A DNA stretch of 64,000 nt from Octopus sinensis (GCF_006345805.1 NC_042999.1:27094001-27158000), one strand, 5' to 3'. Shown: positions 1 to 10,076, counted from the first letter of the stretch. A program made the numbers and translations. Notes: generated by a model from the letters alone, not told the origin.

Positions 1-396
1 AGAGTCTTTGATGGATATATTATGTAGTAATTGTGTGCGATACTGGATATTAAACCTGATCCTTTATGCCCTGCTTAACATACTATAAGAATTGATCCTA
101 CGGTCAATAACAAGTCGACATCTTCACAAAAGCAATCGCTGAGCCTACATCACACTAACCTTCGAAGATAAACGTATATGATCGATACATTACGAATATT
201 GGATAGGCTTGCTGATATTTTAGACAATATTTTACCACTGAACTGAGATCAGGTTCTGCTAAAACTTATTTCAGTGATTTTCTGCGGAAAATGATTATTA
301 CAGTTTACACAGTCTAATTGCTTTACATGTAATTTGATTTGAGTTTCTCACTTAAAATAGAAACGTTTAAAGCGGGGAATAATCATGAATGAAAAG

Positions 397-398
<2 letters not shown>

Positions 399-440
<42 letters not shown>

Positions 441-563
441 TATATTATATATATTATATATATATATGTATATATATTATATATATTATATATTATATAT
501 ATATATATATATTATATTTATAGATATATATATATACATATATATATATACAAATATATATAT

Positions 564-610
<47 letters not shown>
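399..610. repeat. Imperfect (TA)n microsatellite
   Basis: Direct reading; explains spurious ORF 385..621. Confidence 0.95.
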
Positions 611-612
<2 letters not shown>

Positions 613-902
613 GTGAATTGAAGAAATGGAGTTGAACGAAGATTGAACAGAAATCGTTTTATTGCATTCTACACGTGTTTCTACACGTAGAATGCAATAA
701 AACGATTTCTGTTCAATCTTCGTTCAACTCCATTTCTTCAATTCACTAATAATATTAAAATTCAATTATCCGCACCAACGCACGGTTGAAACACCATATG
801 GTTGTACCTCCAACCGTGCTGTCTTCTGCTGTGATTTTTGCTACCAAGGTATCGGTTAAACTTTTGATTAATCTGCAACAAGATTATTCATCTTTCTATT
901 TC

Positions 903-906
<4 letters not shown>
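613..906. mobile_element. PLE-like 3' terminal fragment in inverted arrangement (60-bp hairpin plus tail), inserted in (TA)n
   Basis: 613-672 is the reverse complement of 687-746. The minus strand of the left arm carries the HHR 3' half GAAA-CACGTG-TA. A homologous element lies at 10332-10699. Confidence 0.7.
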
Positions 907-941
<35 letters not shown>

Positions 942-956
942 GAGTGGCTGTGTGGA

Positions 957-1121
957 GGCGCAGGAGTGGCTGTGTGGTAAGTAGCTTGCTTACCAACCAC
1001 ATAGTTCCGGGTTCAGTCCCACTGCGTGGCACCTTGGTTAAGTTTCTTCTACTATAGTATCGGGCCGACCAAAGCCTTGTGAATGGATTTGGTAGATGGA
1101 AACTGAAATAAGCTCGCTGTA

Positions 1122-1152
<31 letters not shown>

Positions 1153-1358
1153 GCGTGTGTGTGTTTGTGTGTCTGTGTTTGTCCCCCTAGCATTGCTTGA
1201 CAACCGAAGCTGGTGTGTTTATGTCCCCGTAAAATAGCGGTTCGGCAAAAGTGACCGATAGAATAAGTACTGGGCTTACAAAGGAATAAGTCCCGCGGTC
1301 GAGTTGCTGGCCGCAGTCAACTGACTGAACAAGTAAAAGAGTAAAAGAGTAAAGAGTA
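957..1358 (+). mobile_element. tRNA-derived SINE, family A (head GGCGCAGGAGTGGCTGTGTGGTAAG)
   Basis: A box TGGCTGTGTGG, B box GGTTCAGTCCC, internal TA/TG microsatellite and (GTAAAAGA)n tail; about 8 copies in the window. Confidence 0.9.
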
Positions 1359-1400
1359 TATACTTAGATATATATATAATACACACACATACATATACAA

Positions 1401-1483
<83 letters not shown>

Positions 1484-1540
1484 AAAAAATGAAGTTCGAA
1501 AATGCTGCTGTATTATACAATTTTTAATTTTTATATATAT

Positions 1541-1587
1541 ACATTATAACATGTTTCAGTTCTTGAAATGAACCTTATCAAAAAAAG
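1541..1587 (-). ncRNA. Hammerhead ribozyme-like motif (U3:A8 variant), mirror copy of 8053-8099
   Basis: UUGAUAA, stem II GGUUC/GAACU, GAAA, CAUG, UU on the minus strand; stem I is weak. Confidence 0.5.
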
Positions 1588-2469
1588 TTATATATAAAAA
1601 AAGACAGCTCATGCCGTCAAACACAAGAAATTCATTTATAATACACAACGGAGTCAGACATCTTAGAGTTCATGTATAGTTGATATATAGTTCATGTATA
1701 GTTGATATATAGTTTGAAGTATATGTTCAAAGTGTTCGATGCAGTGGCCCACGGTGGCGATACGTATTCAATACAAAAAACAGAAAACAGATCAAAGTGG
1801 TGGAAAGTGGTCAATACAGAAGATTGATGTTTCCGAAAGAGCGAGGAATTCATTTTTACCTTAAGCAATTGTGATGACCCATAGTGGATGTTCGCTGGGT
1901 GGATCTAGTGGGTTTTGTGAAGTGCTCGGTTTTATAATGCCTGTTAGGTGGTCAATCCAGCGTAGCGTGACGTCATCAACGTTTTGACCAATCGTTTCGT
2001 TAGGTGGCTTTATTCAAGCAGAACGGGACGTCATCATCATTTTGACCAATCGCTGCATTATAACTGCCTCTTGTTTGTTTCCTGTTTTGACCAGTCGCTT
2101 CGTTAGTCAAGCAGAACGGGACGTCATCCAGATTCTGCCCAATCACGACTTATAGCTACATTAGATCTGCCCCCTGTCTGGACTTGTTAGGTGACTAGTC
2201 AAGCAGAAAAGGACGTCATCAATATTCTGACTATTGACTGTCCCCTGTTTGTATCCTGTCCATTCTAGCAGAGCTAGACGTCATCAACTTGTTGACCAAT
2301 CAGAATCGGGTGTGACCCTTAGCTGTATCGTATGTATCAGGGTCAGATTTGCACGAAAGAATTTTTTTCCGTTTTTACTAAGGCATATTTCCGTCAGAGC
2401 GAGTGTCTGTTTAAAGTAGCGGCCGTGGTGGAATTTTGCTTCTCCTTTTCGGAGGACTTATCTTTTGTT

Positions 2470-3921
2470 TTAGTATTCCTGGCCCAGGGTGTTTAAACTT
2501 GGTCTAAATTTTTTTATGAAATATAGTTCTTTATTTTGGCGTTGTGTGAAGGTTGCGTTGTCACTGAATTTATAAAGCGGGTTAGTTGTAAATTTCGGAT
2601 TTACATTTCCAGCACATCTATCTATGTGTCCGCTGACCGGTATTTTGCGGTAATCAGGGTTTCTAATTTGTGATTTATGCACCGCCATCCTGTTACGTAA
2701 GCTATTTTTTGTATGGCCTATATACTGCCTATTGCAGCCTGCGCATGTTATGACGTAAATTAAGTTTTCTGATGCGCAGGTGAAGTTTATTCTAATGGTG
2801 AACTGGTGGCCTTGTTCCAGTATAAATTCTGATCCTTCTTTCAAGATGACACAGATTCCGCAGTTGGGCCTTCCACATTTTCTAACTGCTGGTTTTGTGG
2901 TTGATGTTGAGTGCAGTGTAGCTTGGGTTAAAATCTTTTTCAAGGATTTTGGTTGCCGTTTACTTTTAATGATGGTGTGTGTTTCGAGGATCCGGTTCAT
3001 CTTTGGGTCTCCCTTTAGTAGGGCTGTGCTTTGTAGTATGGTGTTGAAGGCCTCATTGTTGAGTGGGTTGTGTGTAGAGATGTAGGGAAGGGTTTTTAAT
3101 TGTTCTTTCTTTTTTGGTTTTGTTTGTCTCAGGTCTTCTATACTTAATTTAAGCACCCGTTGGATTGCACTGTCTATTAGGGGCTGTGGATAGTTTCTAT
3201 TTGTGAGTGTGGTTCTAAGTTCCTGGAGACGTGTGTGTCGGGTGTTTGTGTCTGATATTATGGTGCAAATCCTTCTAGCTAAACAAAAAGGGACATTCAT
3301 TCTAGTGTGTCGTGGGTGGCATGAATCAAAGGGTAGGTACTGTTTAGAGTCTGTCGGTTTATAGTAGATATCTGTCTCTATTTTGTTGCCGGTTTTCTTA
3401 ATGAGGATGTCTAAAAATGGTAATTCTTTTTCGTTGTAGTCCATCGTGAATTGTATATTGTCATTTATTCCATTTAATAGTATTTTAAATTCCTCAAGTT
3501 TCTCTATACCTTTGTCCCAGATGATGAAACAGTCATCGAGGTATCTTTTCCAGTTGTTATGGATATAGGTGGCAAAGGTGTTTCCATATTTCTCGAGTGT
3601 CATCCGGTATAGTATTTTCTCGAGGTATCCCATCACTAGGTTGGCAAAAGATGGTGCAGTACGCGTGCCCATCGCTGTTCCCGATCTTTGCCTGTAGAAA
3701 TCATTGTCAAAAATAAAATAATTGTTCTCTAAAATGAATCTAAGTCCTTCTATTATAAGGTCTTTGTTTATGCGAGTTGGTAGTTCAAAGGGGTAGTTAT
3801 TCAGCCAGAAGGTGATCGCTTCTATTCCTAGGTTGTGAGGGATGTTAGAATAAAGATTAACTACGTCGAATGATACTAGAAGGGTTTTCTCATTGACTGT
3901 TTTAGGGAGGTGGTTGAGCAT
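2470..3921 (-). CDS. PLE reverse transcriptase (C-terminal part) plus GIY-YIG endonuclease; uninterrupted but N-terminally truncated
   Basis: RT motifs SFDVVNLYSNI, QRSGTAMGT, RYLDD and LPFLD; Cys-rich linker CGRPNCGIC; endonuclease LIYVITCAGCNRQYIGHT...R...H...E...PSLN. The frame stays open to the junction at 3959. Confidence 0.93.
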   Translation of the reverse strand: MLNHLPKTVNEKTLLVSFDVVNLYSNIPHNLGIEAITFWLNNYPFELPTRINKDLIIEGLRFILENNYFIFDNDFYRQRSGTAMGTRTAPSFANLVMGYLEKILYRMTLEKYGNTFATYIHNNWKRYLDDCFIIWDKGIEKLEEFKILLNGINDNIQFTMDYNEKELPFLDILIKKTGNKIETDIYYKPTDSKQYLPFDSCHPRHTRMNVPFCLARRICTIISDTNTRHTRLQELRTTLTNRNYPQPLIDSAIQRVLKLSIEDLRQTKPKKKEQLKTLPYISTHNPLNNEAFNTILQSTALLKGDPKMNRILETHTIIKSKRQPKSLKKILTQATLHSTSTTKPAVRKCGRPNCGICVILKEGSEFILEQGHQFTIRINFTCASENLIYVITCAGCNRQYIGHTKNSLRNRMAVHKSQIRNPDYRKIPVSGHIDRCAGNVNPKFTTNPLYKFSDNATFTQRQNKELYFIKKFRPSLNTLGQEY

Positions 3922-3959
3922 ATCTATATCGTCTCTTACGTAGCTTTTGATGTGTTTTA

Positions 3960-4924
3960 CAAATCAAGCCCATCTCGGAAGAACCAGAAGAACAAAGAAA
4001 ACTTAGAGAAAAAATGTCATTAGAAAAAATGAAGATGGAAATAGAACTACTTAAGCTGAGAGCTAAAACGAATGAAGAAAAAGTAAAAGCCATAGTCGAG
4101 GAAATCAACGAAGAAGTCATCAAACTAATAGACGACATCAATACTGAAACATTACCAGCACTATGGAATGAAGAATGTGAAAAAGAGGAACTTAAGTCCC
4201 TCCAACGATGGGAAAAGAGCGTCATCTGGTTTCTAGATTATGAAACCAACTTCAAAAATGAACACATATCCAACAACCCCTTCATAAAATTAAGTAAATC
4301 AAAACCAAATACCAACAGAACGGAACAACCACCAAGAAATCCTACCACACTCTACACCAGAAAAGTACACCTAAAACACACCCCACCCTACCTACACCAA
4401 CCCCAAAACACCTACAGAGGCCCACCACACCAGTTCGAAAATAGACATACCAACAGAGCAGAACAACCACCAAGAAATCCAAACACACTCTACACCAGAA
4501 AATGCATTTAAAACGCACCCCACACTACCTACACCAACCCCAAAACACTTATAGGGTCCCACCACACCACTCCACGAACCTAAAAGCCACAACATACAAT
4601 ACTATAAAATACAACCCACATAACCAAATCAAAACGCTACTACCAAACATCCACCCCAGGAACCAACCATACAACTATAACAAACAACAAATGCACTACG
4701 GAGGAAACAACTACCAACACAATATACCTGAGGAACTAAGACGGAACACTAGGTTCAACAACAGACTCCAGAACAGAGCACCACAAACTCACTCTGACAA
4801 TTATAACAACATGAGACAGATAAATAATAGCTTTGGACATAACTACACCAACCATTTTTTAGACCTTACACACAGGAACAGGGACACACGATGGCAAAGG
4901 ACAAACAAAAGAAACCTCAGATAA
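3960..4924 (+). pseudogene. Upstream ORF of the PLE: E/K-rich predicted coiled coil followed by a Pro/Asn/His-rich region with a 46-aa tandem repeat; 5'-truncated, one frameshift near 4503
   Basis: ORFs 4014..4511 (open back to 3960) and 4502..4924. Comparing the two 138-bp repeat units (4311, 4449) shows a 1-nt deletion causing the shift. Confidence 0.7.
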
Positions 4925-7171
4925 TTAAGATAATCAATCTCTCAAACAAAGAACTTACACCTAACGAAATAAGCATACTCTCCAAAGCACTTAAATTTAC
5001 ACCCACCCCACAACGTTCTAATTACTATGAAATGAAGATGATATTTCGGAATTTTGCAGAAAACTAAGACTCACCGAGGCATTTCAAGACAAACAAATAG
5101 AGGAGGACTCAATAGCTAGAAACAAGAGCAATTACACCCCCACCAAGGGTAAGAATAAAGCCTTAGACCGCTATTGTGACTACATAACTAATTTCCCGTT
5201 TCAATTCATCAAGAAACAAAAACACAGCCCTAACTTCAACAAAAGAGAATGGAACGACCTCATCAAACTAAGAGAAGACAAAACAATAACAATTAAGGCA
5301 ACGCGATAGTAATAAGGAATATAAACGATTATAAAAATTTAGTGCTATCCCTATTAAGAGATGAAACGTATTATGAAAGGGCCCAACTGTATAACCAGCA
5401 AAAAATAATGCATAACCTTAGGACATTAATCAACACATACCAAGAAAGACTCACGAACAAGGAGTATGAATACATCACTAACTTCAAATGCAAATCGAGT
5501 TTGTTCTATGGTATCCCTAAGGTAAACAAAAGCCAAACCATTAGAGAAACGTGCAAAACATCCACCGACACACTCATCAAAATCCCTCCACCAAATGATC
5601 TTAAACTAAGACCGATAATAGCAGGGCCAGCATGTGAAACTCACCGCCTCAGCAATTTCTTAGACAAACTTCTTAAACCTTTCCTAAAACACATCAAAAG
5701 CTACGTAAGAGACGATATAGATATGCTCAACCACCTCCCTAAAACAGTCAATGAGAAAACCCTTCTAGTATCATTCGACGTAGTTAATCTTTATTCTAAC
5801 ATCCCTCACAACCTAGGATAGAAGCGATCACCTTCTGGCTGAATAACTACCCCTTTGAACTACCAACTCGCATAAACAAAGACCTTATAATAGAAGGACT
5901 TAGATTCATTTTAGAGAACAATTATTTTATTTTTGACAATGATTTCTACAGGCAAAGATCGGGAACAGCGATGGGCACGCGTACTGCACCATCTTTTGCC
6001 AACCTAGTGATGGGATACCTCGAGAAAATACTATACCGGATGACACTCGAGAAATATGGAAACACCTTTGCCACCTATATCCATAACAACTGGAAAAGAT
6101 ACCTCGATGACTGTTTCATCATCTGGGACAAAGGTATAGAGAAACTTGAGGAATTTAAAATACTATTAAATGGAATAAATGACAATATACAATTCACGAT
6201 GGACCACAACGAAAAAGAATTACTATTTTTAGACATCCTCATTAAGAAAACCGGCAACAAAATAGAGACAGATATCTACTATAAACCGACAGACTCTAAA
6301 CAGTACCTACCCTTTGATTCATGCCACCCACGACACACTAGAATGAATGTCCCTTTTTGTTTAGCTAGAAGGATTTGCACCATAATATCAGACACAAACA
6401 CCCGACACACACGTCTCCAGGAACTTAGAACCACACTCACAAATAGAAACTATCCACAGCCCCTAATAGACAGTGCAATCCAACGGGTACTTAAATTAAG
6501 TATAGAAGACCTGAGACAAACAAAACCAAAAAAGAAAGAACAATTAAAAACCCTTCCCTACATCTCTACACACAACCCACTCAACAATGAGGCCTTCAAC
6601 ACCATACTACAAAGCACAGCCCTACTAAAGGGAGACCCAAAGATGAACCGGATCCTCGAAACACACACCATCATTAAAAGTAAACGGCAACCAAAATCCT
6701 TGAAAAAGATTTTAACCCAAGCTACACTGCACTCAACATCAACCACAAAACCAGCAGTTAGAAAATGTGGAAGGCCCAACTGCGGAATCTGTGTCATCTT
6801 GAAAGAAGGATCAGAATTTATACTGGAACATGGCCACCAGTTCACCATTAGAACAAACTTCACCTGCGCATCAGAAAACTTAATTTACGTCATAACATGC
6901 GCAGGCTGCAATAGGCAGTATATAGGCCATACAAAAAATAGCTTACGTAACAGGATGGCGGTGCATAAATCACAAATTAGAAACCCTGATTACCGCAAAA
7001 TACCGGTCAGCGGACACATAGATAGATGTGCTGGAAATGTAAATCCGAATTTACAACTAACCCGCTTTATAAATTCAGTGACAACGCAACCTTCACACAA
7101 CGCCAAAATAAAGAACTATATTTCATAAAAAAATTTAGACCAAGTTTAAACACCCTGGGCCAGGAATACTA
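4891..7171 (+). pseudogene. PLE RT-GIY-YIG ORF, disrupted by frameshifts (about 5035, 5297, 5818, 7048)
   Basis: ATG 4891 reads MAKDKQKKPQIIKIINLS. ORF pieces 5342..5821 and 5971..7128. The expected (A)DKG motif is missing near 5297. Confidence 0.88.
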
Positions 7172-7340
7172 AAACAAAAGATAAGTCCTCCGAAAAGGAG
7201 AAGCAAAATTCCACCACGGCCGCTACTTTAAACAGACACTCGCTCTGACGGAAATATGCCTTAGTAAAAAAGGAAAAAAATTCTTTCGTGCAAATCTGAC
7301 CCTGATACATACGATACAGCTAAGGGTCACACCCGATTCT

Positions 7341-7710
7341 GATTCGTCAACAAGTTGATGACGTCTAGCTCGCTAGAATGGACAGGATACAACAGGGGAC
7401 AGTCATTAGTCAGAATATTGATGACGTCCTTTTCTGCTTGACTAGTCACCTAACAAGTCCAGACAGGGGGCAGATCTAATGTAGCTATAAGTCGTGATTG
7501 GGCAGAATCTGGATGACGTCCCGTTCTGCTTGACTAACGAAGCGACTGGTCAAAACAGGAAACAAACAAGAGGCAGTTATAATGCAGCGATTGGTCAAAA
7601 TGATGATGACGTCCCGTTCTGCTTGAATAAAGCCACCTAACGAAACGATTGGTCAAAACGTTGATGACGTCACGCTACGCTGGATTGACCACCTAACAGG
7701 CATTATAAAA
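7341..7710 (+). promoter_or_regulatory. Putative pseudo-LTR Pol II promoter: five ATTGG(-like)-N~9-GATGACGTC modules plus TATAAAA at 7704-7710 (mirror at about 1930-2302, minus strand)
   Basis: Modules start at about 7341, 7404, 7496, 7589 and 7647. The last contains a perfect CRE, TGACGTCA. Confidence 0.65.
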
Positions 7711-8052
7711 CCGAGCACTTCACAAAACCCACTAGATCCACCCAGCGAACATCCACTATGGGTCATCACAATTGCTTAAGGTAAAAATGAATTCCTCGCT
7801 CTTTCGAAAACATCTATCTTCTGTATTGACCACTTTCCACCACTTTGATCTGTTTTCTGTTTTTTGTATTGAATACGTATCGCCACCGTGGGCCATTGCA
7901 TCGAACACTTTGAACATATACTTCAAACTATATATCAACTATACATGAACTATATATCAACTATACATGAACTCTAAGATGTCTGACTCCGTTGTGTATT
8001 ATAAATGAATTTCTTGTGTTTGACGGCATGAGCTGTCTTTTTTTATATATAA

Positions 8053-8099
8053 TTTTTTTTGATAAGGTTCATTTCAAGAACTGAAACATGTTATAATGT
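8053..8099 (+). ncRNA. Minimal type I hammerhead ribozyme-like motif in the pseudo-LTR (U3:A8 variant)
   Basis: TTGATAA 8059-8065; stem II GGTTC/GAACT; GAAA 8083-8086; palindromic stem III ACATGT; triplet GUU; stem I poor. Confidence 0.5.
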
Positions 8100-8229
8100 A
8101 TATATATAAAAATTAAAAATTGTATAATACAGCAGCATTTTCGAACTTCATTTTTTACAATATATACCTACTCGTATACGAGCTAATCCTATTATAAATA
8201 TATATATAATATATATATACGTATATATA

Positions 8230-8293
<64 letters not shown>

Positions 8294-8298
8294 ATATG

Positions 8299-8575
8299 TA
8301 GGTCCCGTGTTGATTCGGGGTTAACCACAGTAAATAAGGTACTCAATACATAGCAGAGTAAAATTAATTTATTATATAGAAGGAGCTTCTACAGGACTAG
8401 AACTGTTTCATTCAAGAGAAATCTTCAGGAAGCTAGTTAACAAGAATTGTATTGGCATTTATACATTTAGGCAGGTTTAAAGGGGTGTTGGTGGGGGACT
8501 TTTTGGGGGTAGGCATAGCGCAAAACATCATACTTGGGGGAGTGGTCAAGGAGTCAGTGTTAAATTAGATAGGAG
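8299..8575 (-). mobile_element. Second-family PLE pseudo-LTR-like fragment, possibly extending through the microsatellite-rich tract to about 9990
   Basis: Contains an HHR; its 3' end abuts (TA)n at 8196-8298. Confidence 0.55.
8384..8434 (-). ncRNA. Type I hammerhead ribozyme
   Basis: Minus strand: AGCTTC CTGAAGA tTTC tctt GAAt GAAA CAG ttctagtc CTG TA GAAGCT. 6-bp stem I, 4-bp stem III, triplet GUA, weak stem II. Confidence 0.8.
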
Positions 8576-9634
8576 AATAAATAAAAAATAAAAAATAAAA
8601 AATAAAAAATAAAAAATAACAAATAAAAAATATAAAGTATAAAAAATAAAAAATAAAAAATAAAAAATAGAAAATAGAAAAAAAAAAAAAATAAATAAAA
8701 AAAAAAAAAAATAAAAAAAAAAAATATATATATATAATATATATATATATATGTATAAAGGTGGGGAATAGAGTTTTAGGTAAATAAGGAGATTCTCACT
8801 TATACCTCTACACATACACACATATATATACAATCACACATACATATACATATCTACACATACACATATATATGTATACATACACACACTCACTTGCATA
8901 CACGTATACACACATGTATATATACACACACGACCACACATACATATACACACAGAAAAATATATATATACACATACACACACATCTACTCAGATACACG
9001 CATACACACAGAAATCCATACACACACATGCACACACAGCACACTAGTCCCTATATACACATATATACACATACACACATATATATACACCCACACATAC
9101 ACATACATACACATATATATACATACATACACATACATATACACATATATATACATACACATATATCTATATATACACATATATATACATATGTGTATCC
9201 ATGCATACCTACACATACACACATATATATATACATATATATACATACAGACCCATTCCCTAATTTTAATTTTATTATCTTCGTTTATTACTTTTGTTAT
9301 CTTGGGCCGCTTGGTCACAAACATCTTGGCTATGACAGCCAGACCATTTATCCGTCTACTGGAAAACAATTACTCATTCACTCACGCACACTCTTAGCAC
9401 GTACACTCACTCATTCGTACACTCATAACGCATACACGCACGCACGCGTTATATTCATACATACATACATCTACATACATTCACGTATATACACATACGT
9501 ACGCGTACCTACAGATTCATGTCTACACTCTTAGAAGGCTAGTCTATACATATACACCAATAATATAAATACACACACATACATGTACACCTACATACAA
9601 ATACATACATGTACATATATATATATATTATATA

Positions 9635-9674
<40 letters not shown>

Positions 9675-9795
9675 GCGTACCTACAGATTCATGTCTACAC
9701 TCTTAGAAGGCTAGTCTATACATATACACCCATAAATATAAATACACACACATACATACATGTACACCTACATACAAATACATACATGTACATAT

Positions 9796-9849
<54 letters not shown>

Positions 9850-10024
9850 TATATATACATATATATATTCATACTAACATGCATACTCAAAAAATAAGTA
9901 AATAGTAAATATATATACGCGCAGTTATTCATACATGCATACTCAAAAAATAAATATTAAGTATATGTACGTGCAGTTACCTATTATATAGACGGATACA
10001 TACATATAATAAACTTACACACAT

Positions 10025-10076
<52 letters not shown>

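Larger units (their letters stand above)
1480..3959 (-). mobile_element. Penelope-like element (Neptune-type), 5'-truncated inverted copy
   Basis: Reverse complement of 5685-8160; 3' end abuts (TA)n at 1408-1479. Confidence 0.95.
3960..8195 (+). mobile_element. Penelope-like element (Neptune-type), longer copy with upstream ORF, RT-EN and 3' pseudo-LTR plus tail
   Basis: Same RT/GIY-YIG as the minus copy plus N-terminal PLE motifs (INLSNKELT..E..ILSKALKFTPTP, FCRKLRL, FYGIPKVNK, LRPII); ends in (TA)n at about 8196. Confidence 0.95.

Noticed and set aside
2780-3085. 101-aa ORFs at 2780..3085 (+) and 6558..6863 (-)
   Set aside because: Antisense shadows of the PLE endonuclease region, duplicated only because of the inversion.
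2470-3921. Selenoprotein/SECIS as in Naiad PLEs
   Set aside because: No in-frame TGA in the intact ORF, the endonuclease is C-terminal, and no SECIS is recognisable by eye.
7341-7680. Repeat-spacer pattern superficially like a CRISPR array
   Set aside because: Repeats are degenerate, linkers are partly homologous and irregular, the context is a eukaryotic retroelement, and no cas genes are present; it is better explained as a TF-site array.
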